Origin: Patescibacteria group bacterium
GTDB taxonomy: Bacteria > Patescibacteriota > WWE3 > UBA101185 > UBA10185
DNA: 64,000 nucleotides
Direction of reading: 5' to 3'
Assembly: GCA_032117075.1 (NCBI GenBank)
Contig: JAUMAA010000004.1
Location: 2,629-66,628, forward strand
Each line of letters begins with the position of its first letter. Position 1 is the first letter of the stretch. A program made the translations under genes and the position numbers. Below, in pieces: positions 9,769 to 18,526 of the stretch. The notes under the pieces were generated by a model. The model worked only from the letters and a program-made list of their open reading frames with translations, did not search any database and had not been told where the DNA came from.

Positions 9769-10191
9769 ATGAAAAGAATTTTAAGATACTTATTTTTTAG
9801 TGTTATATGTTTTTACTTTACTCAATTAGTTTATTTCCCCTTTAAATTATCTGAGAATCTAAGTGTGTTTTACTTACTAGCTATAATTTCAGTAGTTACT
9901 TTATTTTCTAGAACTTTTTTTAGGATTATAAAATTTCCTCACTCAGGAGTAGGTTTTTTATTTTTAAATATAATTGTTCATAGTTTAGGTCTATATTTAG
10001 GTCAGGTGTTTTTAAATAAATATAAGGTTTTAAGTTTAAATTTCCCAAAATATGACCTTTTTGGTATAATAGAAACACCTGTTGTGTACACTAACATTTA
10101 CACATCGATAGTATTATTTTCAACCATATACTGCCTTTTGTTTGGATTTTTATACTTTATAAGTTGGACTAAGGAAAAAAATGGACATTAA
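9769..10191 (+). CDS. 4-TM membrane protein, possibly phage-holin-4/YvlD-like
   Basis: Four hydrophobic segments; size and position after uvrC. Confidence 0.45.
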   Translation: MKRILRYLFFSVICFYFTQLVYFPFKLSENLSVFYLLAIISVVTLFSRTFFRIIKFPHSGVGFLFLNIIVHSLGLYLGQVFLNKYKVLSLNFPKYDLFGIIETPVVYTNIYTSIVLFSTIYCLLFGFLYFISWTKEKNGH

Positions 10192-10405
10192 TTTACTAAA
10201 AACTATACAAATTGTTACTTCTATCTTTTTAATTGTGCTTATATTAGTGCAAACAAAATCAAATAACTTCTCATCTTCCTTATCCAGTAGATTTTCATTC
10301 CAAAGAACTAAAAGAGGTTTAGAAAATTTTGTTTTTTATCTCACAATCTTTTTATCAATAGGATTTTCTGTTAATACAGTAATTTTGGTTTTATTAAATA
10401 AGTAA
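10181..10405 (+). CDS. secG: Preprotein translocase subunit SecG
   Basis: Two TMs, LILVQ..., TKRGLE motif. Confidence 0.85.
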   Translation: MDINLLKTIQIVTSIFLIVLILVQTKSNNFSSSLSSRFSFQRTKRGLENFVFYLTIFLSIGFSVNTVILVLLNK

Positions 10406-11673
10406 TGTCATCAATTCACATCACAGGAAATAAACCGCTTCAAGGAGAAATTGAAGTTTCAGGTTCAGTTAATTCTGCACTCAAAATAATTATTTCATCT
10501 TTATTCTCTACCGAAGATGTTTACTTATCTAATGTTCCTAATGTTGAATTTATCCAAACAGAATTGCAAATTGTAAAAGAGCTCGGTGGGGAATATGAAT
10601 GGCTTTCAAAGAATTTTTTAAAAATTAATAATTCAAAATTATTTAATTCTAAAATCCCATTAATATTAGGAAAAGATTTATACACCTCTTTTTTATTTGC
10701 AGGCCCTCTCTTATATAGGTTCGGTGAGGCTCAAATTCCACTACCATCGTCAGGCATAGATTCCATAATGAGATTTATTTCTACATGGTCAATGTTGAAC
10801 ATTGAAATTAATTACGATAGGGAATTCGTTTATCTTAGGTCTGACAATGCTAAATCAGGAAGAATAGAATTAGATCGTGCTTCTCAAATGGATACAGCCA
10901 ATGCCCTACTATCATCTATTGCTTTAAATGGAACTACCACCGTCATTAATACCTCTGAGGATTATGAGATTAACGATTTAATAAATTTTTTGAATGCAAT
11001 CGGAGGAGAGTTAGTTAAGGACAGCAAAAAAGTTATTACAGTAATAGGAAAAGATCATTTTAGATCAACAAATTTTTCATGTGTCTCTGAAAGTTCGGAA
11101 GCCGTATTTTTTTCTATACTTTCTTTAGTAACAAATGGAAATATTTTAATAAAAAATATTGAAAAGAAAAACTTATCCTTTTTTGTTTCTCTTCTTAATA
11201 AAATTGGTGCTAATTATGAATTTTTTGGAGAAGATTCCCTTAGAGTATGGAGAAAAGGTGAAAAATACCCTGCATTCGAGCTTGATTTGAATAACTATTC
11301 CTCAAATACTTCAAATTACTTACCGTATTTAATTTTTTTGGCCCTCAAATGTGAAGGTACTAGCAAATTTACCAGCGAGTCCTTTAAAGATAAATTTAAT
11401 TACATTTTCTGGTTAAATAAATTTAATGCGAAAATTAAGATGTACGATACTGGAAATGACTTTGAGTCCTGCGAAATATATGTTAACGGTGTAACTGATT
11501 TAAAAGTGGTTGATTATGAGATTACAAGTTTTGTTAACTCCCCAATAATTCTTCTTTCAGCACTTACTAATGGAGAGGAGACTGAAATTTCCAATTATGA
11601 GAAATTAGAATACCAATTTGAGAATTTGATTCAAAAAGTTGTAGAATTAGGTGGTCAGGTAAAATATGATTGA
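10405..11673 (+). CDS. MurA-fold (EPT) protein with degenerate active site
   Basis: N-terminal ITGNKPLQGEIEVSGS and MurA-like length; GAKN replaced by GSVN, LPGGC loop replaced by LPSSG. Confidence 0.75.
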   Translation: MSSIHITGNKPLQGEIEVSGSVNSALKIIISSLFSTEDVYLSNVPNVEFIQTELQIVKELGGEYEWLSKNFLKINNSKLFNSKIPLILGKDLYTSFLFAGPLLYRFGEAQIPLPSSGIDSIMRFISTWSMLNIEINYDREFVYLRSDNAKSGRIELDRASQMDTANALLSSIALNGTTTVINTSEDYEINDLINFLNAIGGELVKDSKKVITVIGKDHFRSTNFSCVSESSEAVFFSILSLVTNGNILIKNIEKKNLSFFVSLLNKIGANYEFFGEDSLRVWRKGEKYPAFELDLNNYSSNTSNYLPYLIFLALKCEGTSKFTSESFKDKFNYIFWLNKFNAKIKMYDTGNDFESCEIYVNGVTDLKVVDYEITSFVNSPIILLSALTNGEETEISNYEKLEYQFENLIQKVVELGGQVKYD

Positions 11674-12748
11674 TAACTTATTAATACTTTTTTTTAGTTT
11701 AACTATATCGGCTATTCTTTACCCTTTATATATAAATTTTCTTTATAGATATCAGATAGGTGAGGAAATTAGAGAGGATGGTCCAAAAACTCACTATACT
11801 AAAAAAGGAACCCCTACCATGGGCGGATTAGTAATTTTAATTGTAGTAACTTTTGTAACTATATTATTTAATTTTAATAGGGACCAAACTATCTTTCCTC
11901 TTTTTGTTATTTCATTAGCAGGTCTTTTTGGAATTATTGAAGATCTGACTAAAATTTCCCAGAAAATGGGGTACGAGCTTTTTAAATTTTCTTCTAGTAA
12001 TAACTCAATTATTGTTTTCATTAAAAAAGTTTTAAATTTCATCTTTGGAAAACCCGCATATTTATTTGTAGAGTTTTGGAGAATACTAGGTTCTAAAACT
12101 GAGACCGGTTTACAATCCCATCAGAAATTTTTGATACAAGCTGGAATAGCCTCATTCGTTTCTTACTGGACCTATTTTAAACTTGGATGGGATTATATTT
12201 GGTTCCCGTTTTTAGGTGAGGTTCAGATTGGATTTTGGTACCCTATCGTAATTTTTCTACTCTTTTTCCTAGTTCTTAATTCAGTAAACATAACTGATGG
12301 TTTAGATGGACTTGTAGGAGGTCTTTCCTTAATCTCTTTTTCTTGTTTTTGGGTTATTTGTACTTTACTTGAATTTAAATCCTTAGCTACTTTTTGTGCA
12401 AGTTTAATTGGTACTTTATTGGTTTTTTTATATTTCAATGTTTTTCCAGCAAGAGTTTTTATGGGAAATGTTGGAAGTCATATTTTAGGAGCAGCTTTAG
12501 CATTAATACCAATTTTAATTCACAGAGAAATTTTAATATTTGTAATTTATCTAGTATTTTTAGTAGATGGTCTTTCTTCCCCAATCCAATCAACTTTCTA
12601 TAAATTAACAAAAAAAAGAATTTTTTTAATGGCCCCTCTTCACCACCACTTCGAACTACTAGGATGGCCAGAAACCAAAGTCACTCTAAGATTTTGGATA
12701 TTTGGAATCATCTGTGGTCTTCTCGGAATCTTGATTGCTATATTATAA
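11666..12748 (+). CDS. mraY: Phospho-N-acetylmuramoyl-pentapeptide transferase
   Basis: KKGTPTMGG, NITDGLDGL, FMGN, APLHHHFE. Confidence 0.95.
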   Translation: MIDNLLILFFSLTISAILYPLYINFLYRYQIGEEIREDGPKTHYTKKGTPTMGGLVILIVVTFVTILFNFNRDQTIFPLFVISLAGLFGIIEDLTKISQKMGYELFKFSSSNNSIIVFIKKVLNFIFGKPAYLFVEFWRILGSKTETGLQSHQKFLIQAGIASFVSYWTYFKLGWDYIWFPFLGEVQIGFWYPIVIFLLFFLVLNSVNITDGLDGLVGGLSLISFSCFWVICTLLEFKSLATFCASLIGTLLVFLYFNVFPARVFMGNVGSHILGAALALIPILIHREILIFVIYLVFLVDGLSSPIQSTFYKLTKKRIFLMAPLHHHFELLGWPETKVTLRFWIFGIICGLLGILIAIL

Positions 12749-12757
12749 TAATTCTTA

Positions 12758-13927
12758 ATGTCTAAATTTTTTGCAACTTTCAAAGAAATAGAATCAAATA
12801 TACTTTTTAAATTAATATTACTTCTGATAGTAATAAGTATTTATTTTATGTTTAGTTCCACAGTTATTCTTTCCTTAGACTTGTATGGAAATCCTTACAG
12901 GTTCGGTGTGATGCATTTTATTTGGATTTTGATAGGGTACTTGTTTTTAAATATTGCATTTAAAGTTGATTTACAAATTCTAAAAAAATATTCCTTTATT
13001 CTATATTTTATGGCATTTACTTTTTTGTCGATTCTAGCTATTTCTAAAATTTTTAATTGTGAGAATGCTTTTTCTTTTGCTCCTTGTAATAAAGGGGCTA
13101 TTAGATGGTTTGTTTTAAATCCTAAACCTCTACCTGAAATACCTTTTGTTGGTCAGATAACATTTCAACCTTCTGAATTAGCCAAATTATCCTTAGTAGT
13201 TTTACTCTCATATATCTTTTCTTCCTCAAAATTTCATATAGATGAAAAAATTACCAAAGCCTCCTTGTTTGCAATACCGATGATTTTACTTGTTTTCTTT
13301 CAACCAAATAAATCAACTGCTCTAATTCTTTTTATAATTTTTTGTGCCATATTTTATGCTAATGGTGAGAAATTCAAAAAGATGATTTATTTTTTTATCC
13401 CGTTTTCTATAATATTTATCTTCTTTATGTTTACAAATAGCTATTCATATTCAAGATTATCTACTTTTCTTAATACAAATGTTAATGAAAGCGAGAATTA
13501 CCATCAGAAACAGGCACTTATTTCGGTGGGTTCGGGAGGTTTGACTGGGGTAGGTGTTGGAAAGTCTAGGCAAAAATTTTCTTTTCTACCCGAAATTTCT
13601 GCAGATTCCATTTTTGCACTCATTAGCGAAGAAGTAGGTTTTGTTGGAAGCTTTGGTATTATTTTGATATACTTTTCTATTATTTATCAAGGTTTTAAAA
13701 TTTCCATCTATCAAAAGGATCGTTTTAATTTACTACTAGGTGTTGGTATCACTTCTTGGTTGGGTATCCAAGCTATTATCAATTTTTTCTCGATGACAGG
13801 TTTAATTCCCTTAACGGGAATACCTTTACCAATTCTTTCTTATGGAGGTTCCTCTACTATTTTTGTTATGATTGCCTTAGGAATACTTTTAAATTTAAGT
13901 AAAAATGTTTATGGCAAAAAATTCTAA
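12758..13927 (+). CDS. ftsW: SEDS protein FtsW
   Basis: FQPSELAK, LPEISAD, GIPLPILSYGGSS; lies between mraY and murG. Confidence 0.9.
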   Translation: MSKFFATFKEIESNILFKLILLLIVISIYFMFSSTVILSLDLYGNPYRFGVMHFIWILIGYLFLNIAFKVDLQILKKYSFILYFMAFTFLSILAISKIFNCENAFSFAPCNKGAIRWFVLNPKPLPEIPFVGQITFQPSELAKLSLVVLLSYIFSSSKFHIDEKITKASLFAIPMILLVFFQPNKSTALILFIIFCAIFYANGEKFKKMIYFFIPFSIIFIFFMFTNSYSYSRLSTFLNTNVNESENYHQKQALISVGSGGLTGVGVGKSRQKFSFLPEISADSIFALISEEVGFVGSFGIILIYFSIIYQGFKISIYQKDRFNLLLGVGITSWLGIQAIINFFSMTGLIPLTGIPLPILSYGGSSTIFVMIALGILLNLSKNVYGKKF

Positions 13928-15029
13928 TTTTAAGAAAATAACAATTGCTTTTTGTGGAGGTCATCACACTTCTTCTTTGCCTGTAATAGACGAACTCAAG
14001 ACAATGGATCGCTTTAATATTATTTTTATTGGTAGAAAGATGGCATTTAAGGATGATAAAAATGATTCTTTAGAGTATTTAGATATCTCACAAAGAGAGA
14101 TTAAATTTTTTGATTTAAAGACATCTAAATTTTTTAAATCTAATATATTTTCAATTTTTAAAATTATTATAGGATTTTTTCATGCTTTTTATATATTAAT
14201 TAAAGAAGATGTAAAGTTGGTTGTATCCTTTGGTGGTTACATCGCTGTTCCTGTCGTACTCGCTGCTTTTATTCTTAGAAAGAAAATTATAACCCATGAA
14301 CAAACTGTCGTAGTTGGGATGGGTAATAAATTTATCTCTTATTTTGCAGATAGAGTTTTGCTGACTTGGCCATCCTCAATGAAATTTTTTGATAAAAGAA
14401 AATCTTTAGTTATTGGTCTGCCTTTAAGAAAATCTTTTTTTGATTTATCAAGAAATTTATTTCCAATTAAAAACAAATTACCTACTATTTTTATCACTTG
14501 TGGTAAAACAGGTTCTCATAAAATAAATGAATTTATTTTTGAAAATCTTGAATTCTTATTAAAGTATTTTAATTTAATACATCAATCTGGAGATTATTCT
14601 GTAACAAATGATTTTCATAGGTTATCAGAAAAGTATGAAAGAATTAAGTCTGATGTATCTGGACATTATTTCCTAAATAAATTTTTAGATGAGTCTCAAG
14701 TAAACAGTGCTTATAATACTTGTGATTTCATTATTTCTAGATCTGGTGCTCATACGATTTATGAAATTCTTCATTTTAATAAGAAAGCTATTTTGATTCC
14801 AATTCCGTGGGTTTCTCAAAATGAACAATATCTAAATGCCAAGTTAGTGTTTGATGCCGGATTAGGCTTAATTCTAGAAGAAAATGAATTAAATTTAGAT
14901 AATTTTAAAACTTATGTAAAGAAGATTTTAAGTAAAGAATATTCTCTTAAAGATTCTCAAATTAAAGAAATTATTAGTTTAAAGGCAACCCAAAATTTTA
15001 TCAATGAAATCAAGGATATACTCCAATAA
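13911..15029 (+). CDS. murG: UDP-GlcNAc lipid I transferase MurG
   Basis: FGGYIA, HEQT, SRSGA, EQYLNA motifs; dcw context. Confidence 0.9.
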   Translation: MAKNSNFKKITIAFCGGHHTSSLPVIDELKTMDRFNIIFIGRKMAFKDDKNDSLEYLDISQREIKFFDLKTSKFFKSNIFSIFKIIIGFFHAFYILIKEDVKLVVSFGGYIAVPVVLAAFILRKKIITHEQTVVVGMGNKFISYFADRVLLTWPSSMKFFDKRKSLVIGLPLRKSFFDLSRNLFPIKNKLPTIFITCGKTGSHKINEFIFENLEFLLKYFNLIHQSGDYSVTNDFHRLSEKYERIKSDVSGHYFLNKFLDESQVNSAYNTCDFIISRSGAHTIYEILHFNKKAILIPIPWVSQNEQYLNAKLVFDAGLGLILEENELNLDNFKTYVKKILSKEYSLKDSQIKEIISLKATQNFINEIKDILQ

Positions 15030-15702
15030 AAAATTACTTTTGCTAATCGTTCCTGTAGCGGTAGTTCTTATATATTTTATTTCTCTCTTCGAGGTAAACA
15101 TAATGGAATTTACAGGTGATTTAACATACTTGGATACCTCAAATTTAAGAGTAAGTGGTTTAATTTATTTTAAAAATAAGAATTTATTAGTTTCTGATAG
15201 AAATACTTTTATTTCTGAATTGAAGAATCAGAATCCTGAAATTGAACAGATTGATATATCTGCTAAAAATATTTCTACAGCTATTGTTAAAATTAAAAAT
15301 AAAGAAGTTTGTTGTGTAATTAAGGATCTAAATACTAATAAGTATTTGATTGGGGTCGATGGGAAAATTTTGAAAAAGCTATCAAATGATACTAACTATC
15401 CTCATGAAATAAACTTAACCCAGGAGGTTAATGTTGAAAAAACATATTCCATTGATTCTTTAAGGAAGATTGTTGAAATTGAAAATGTACTTCTAAATAA
15501 GGAGATGGAAATTTCAGAAATAATTTTAGATGATCTTAAAATTGAAATGAAACTTACCTCCAATCAGCTGGTTATTTTAGATTCAGAAACTAACATTAAG
15601 GATTTTGTAGAAAAACTCAATACCATGATAAGTTATCTAAAACAGAAAAACCTAAGTTTTAAGAAAATGGATTTTAGATTTGGTAATGTAATTGTTGAGT
15701 AA
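15004..15702 (+). CDS. ftsQ: FtsQ/DivIB-like cell division protein
   Basis: N-terminal TM, POTRA-like region, C-terminal MDFRF; directly upstream of ftsA. Confidence 0.75.
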   Translation: MKSRIYSNKKLLLLIVPVAVVLIYFISLFEVNIMEFTGDLTYLDTSNLRVSGLIYFKNKNLLVSDRNTFISELKNQNPEIEQIDISAKNISTAIVKIKNKEVCCVIKDLNTNKYLIGVDGKILKKLSNDTNYPHEINLTQEVNVEKTYSIDSLRKIVEIENVLLNKEMEISEIILDDLKIEMKLTSNQLVILDSETNIKDFVEKLNTMISYLKQKNLSFKKMDFRFGNVIVE

Positions 15703-15745
15703 TATTTTAATTATGAAAAAAATTTGCTAGTATATTAAATATCTT

Positions 15746-16990
15746 ATGGCAAAAGAAAAAACTATTTCGGTAATAGATATCGGATCATCAAAAATTAGTA
15801 GTGCAACTGCAACTATTAGTGAAAACAGGATAAATGTAATAGGTGTTTCTGGTTCATCTGAAAGTAAGGGTGTAAATAGAGGTACCATAATTAATATTGA
15901 TGAAGCTGTCAAAGCAATAGATAGAAGTGTTCAAAAGACAGACAAGATGTCAGGACAATCTATTGAATCAGTTTTTTTATCAATTAATGGTTCTCATATT
16001 GAATCTCAGACTTCTAAGGGACAGGCGGCCATTTTAAATGACAATAACGAGATATCCAGATCGGATGTCGAGAGAACACTTGAAACAGCAAGAGCAGTAA
16101 GTTTACCTAGCAATAGAGAAATTATTCATGTAATTCCTAAAGATTTTAGGGTTGATGGAAACGATGGTATCCACGATCCTGTTGGAATGTACGGAAATAG
16201 GTTAGAGGTTGATACAACAATAGTAAGTGTTTCATCAATGGTATCAAGAAACTTAAGAAAATGTCTATCAACACTTTCTCTCAATGTAAATGAATTGGTC
16301 TATACAGGTATTGCTAGTGGTGAAAGTGTCTTAACAGATTCAGAAAAAGAAATGGGGGTTGCTTTAGTAGATATCGGCGCTACAACAACATCGTTAGTAA
16401 TCTATAACGATAGAGGTGCTACTTATTGCACATCAATTGCTATCGGCGGTAAACATATCACAAATGATATAGCAATCCATTTAAGATGCTCAACAGAGAC
16501 TGCTGAAAAAATAAAAATAAGATTAAGTTCTGAAAGAAGTATCCCAATTACTACTTTTGATAATTCGAGATTTAATGAAACACTTAATCCAGTAGAGTTT
16601 GGATTAGATATGGATCATATTTCAAAAAGAAGTCTATTTAAAATTATTGACGATAGGGTTGAGGAAATTCTAAATTTAATTTTAATTGAGCTTAAAAAAA
16701 CAAACCTAATTAATACTATTCCAGCAGGGGTAGTTATTACAGGCGGGGCTGCAAAAACTGCTGGAATGGAAAGAATGGGTAAGGCGATACTAAAACTTCC
16801 TGTTAAGATTGGTTATCCAAAAGGAGTAGATGGAATGGTTGAGGAGATATCAGATCCTGAATTTGCTGCGACTGTTGGTCTCTTGATTTATGCAAGTAAA
16901 AAATTTAATACAACTAGTGACTTGTCATCTCACAAATTTAATGATAATTTTAGAAACATAATTAGCAAATTAATAAATCTTCTGCCCTAA
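15746..16990 (+). CDS. ftsA: Cell division protein FtsA
   Basis: DIGSSKI, VDIGATTT, IGGKHITNDI, VITGG. Confidence 0.96.
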   Translation: MAKEKTISVIDIGSSKISSATATISENRINVIGVSGSSESKGVNRGTIINIDEAVKAIDRSVQKTDKMSGQSIESVFLSINGSHIESQTSKGQAAILNDNNEISRSDVERTLETARAVSLPSNREIIHVIPKDFRVDGNDGIHDPVGMYGNRLEVDTTIVSVSSMVSRNLRKCLSTLSLNVNELVYTGIASGESVLTDSEKEMGVALVDIGATTTSLVIYNDRGATYCTSIAIGGKHITNDIAIHLRCSTETAEKIKIRLSSERSIPITTFDNSRFNETLNPVEFGLDMDHISKRSLFKIIDDRVEEILNLILIELKKTNLINTIPAGVVITGGAAKTAGMERMGKAILKLPVKIGYPKGVDGMVEEISDPEFAATVGLLIYASKKFNTTSDLSSHKFNDNFRNIISKLINLLP

Positions 16991-16998
16991 GATTATTT

Positions 16999-18339
16999 AT
17001 GGCAAAACTAAGACCGGAAGTGGACAGCAAAGCAAAAATAAAGGTAATCGGTGTAGGTGGTGGGGGATGTAATGTTCTTGACACCATGATCGAATCAGAA
17101 AAAATAGTTGGTGTAGATTTTGTAGCTATTAATACAGACGAGCAAGCTCTCAATAAAAATAAAGCATTAGTTAAAATCACAATAGGAAGAAATCCAGAAG
17201 GAACACCTAATGGAATTAAACACGGTCTTGGTGCTGGTGCAAAACCAGAAGTGGGACAAAAAGCAGCATTAGAATCGATAGATCAAATTAGAGAACATAT
17301 AAAAGGTGCTGACATGGTTTTCATTAGTGCTGGTATGGGAGGCGGTACAGGAACAGGAGCAGCCCCTGTTGTTGCAAAAATTGCTAAAGAAGAGGGTGCT
17401 CTTACTATCGGTGTTGTAACTAAACCTTTTGAATTTGAAGGAAGAAGAAGAGCTGAAAATGCAGAAATTGGTATCGAAAATATGAGAAAAGAAGTAGATG
17501 CACTAATTATTATCCCAAATGAGAAATTAATTGAATATGCTAAAAATGATTTATCAATGGACGAGGCACTGTTAGTCTCAGATTCTGTACTTTTACAGGG
17601 TGTACAAGGTATTTCAGATTTAATTGTTTTAGATGGAGACATTAATGTTGACTTTGCAGATGTTGAAACTATTATGAAAGATGCCGGCACTGCTTTAATG
17701 GGAATTGGTATCGGAACAGGTGAGAATAAAGCTGAGATGGCAGCAAAGGATGCTATTGAATCCCCTCTACTTGAAGTAAAGATTGACGGAGCAAAAGGTA
17801 TACTAATATATGTAGTTGGTGGACCTGATCTAAAGTTGAACGATGTTAATAAAGCTGCAAAAGTTATTAAGGAAGTTGCTTCTGATGATGTAAATATTAT
17901 TTTTGGTTACTCTAAGGTTGAAGATTTGAAAGATCAAATGAGAGTAACAGTTATTGCAACAGGTTTTGATTCTAATAAATACGATTACAAACCTTCCAAA
18001 CCAATAGTTATAGAAGACTATAAGGGAAGGCCTTACGACTCTCCTATAAATGAAGCTCCGATGACAAGGAGGGGTGTCTCATCATTCACACAGGAAAGTG
18101 ACATTAATCTGATAACTGGAAATGGTTTCTCAAGCCCATCTTCAAGGCCCGTCACTCAGAGCGATAAACAGAGTAGTAATCTAAATGAATTCTTGGGCGG
18201 TAGGCAGGTTGACGATCTTGGTTTTGATCCAAAACAGTTTGAAGAAGAAGATGATGACAACTACGAGATAAAACCAATTCAAACAGATGACGAGGAAGAC
18301 CCATATTTAATCCCACCATTTCTACGAAAAAGAAAATAA
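16999..18339 (+). CDS. ftsZ: Cell division protein FtsZ
   Basis: GGGTGTG, NVDFADV, C-terminal IPPFLR. Confidence 0.99.
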   Translation: MAKLRPEVDSKAKIKVIGVGGGGCNVLDTMIESEKIVGVDFVAINTDEQALNKNKALVKITIGRNPEGTPNGIKHGLGAGAKPEVGQKAALESIDQIREHIKGADMVFISAGMGGGTGTGAAPVVAKIAKEEGALTIGVVTKPFEFEGRRRAENAEIGIENMRKEVDALIIIPNEKLIEYAKNDLSMDEALLVSDSVLLQGVQGISDLIVLDGDINVDFADVETIMKDAGTALMGIGIGTGENKAEMAAKDAIESPLLEVKIDGAKGILIYVVGGPDLKLNDVNKAAKVIKEVASDDVNIIFGYSKVEDLKDQMRVTVIATGFDSNKYDYKPSKPIVIEDYKGRPYDSPINEAPMTRRGVSSFTQESDINLITGNGFSSPSSRPVTQSDKQSSNLNEFLGGRQVDDLGFDPKQFEEEDDDNYEIKPIQTDDEEDPYLIPPFLRKRK

Positions 18340-18526
18340 TCTCTAGTAATTGATTAAAAATTTTTACCATTAGGCTCTTAAATTTAATTTGCACTATTAA
18401 ATAAAAAATCAATACTTGAAACAAAGATATTTTATAGTTAATTTATACTTAGTAAAAAATTATAAGGGTTTCATTTTTGTTTTATCTTATGCAGTGTGAG
18501 ATAAACCAGAATTGAAAAAGTTAAAT

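Noticed and set aside
18340-18526. NrdR box or cobalamin riboswitch upstream of nrdJ
   Set aside because: Only a weak ACAAAGATATTT resemblance; the region is too AT-rich and lacks a B12-box
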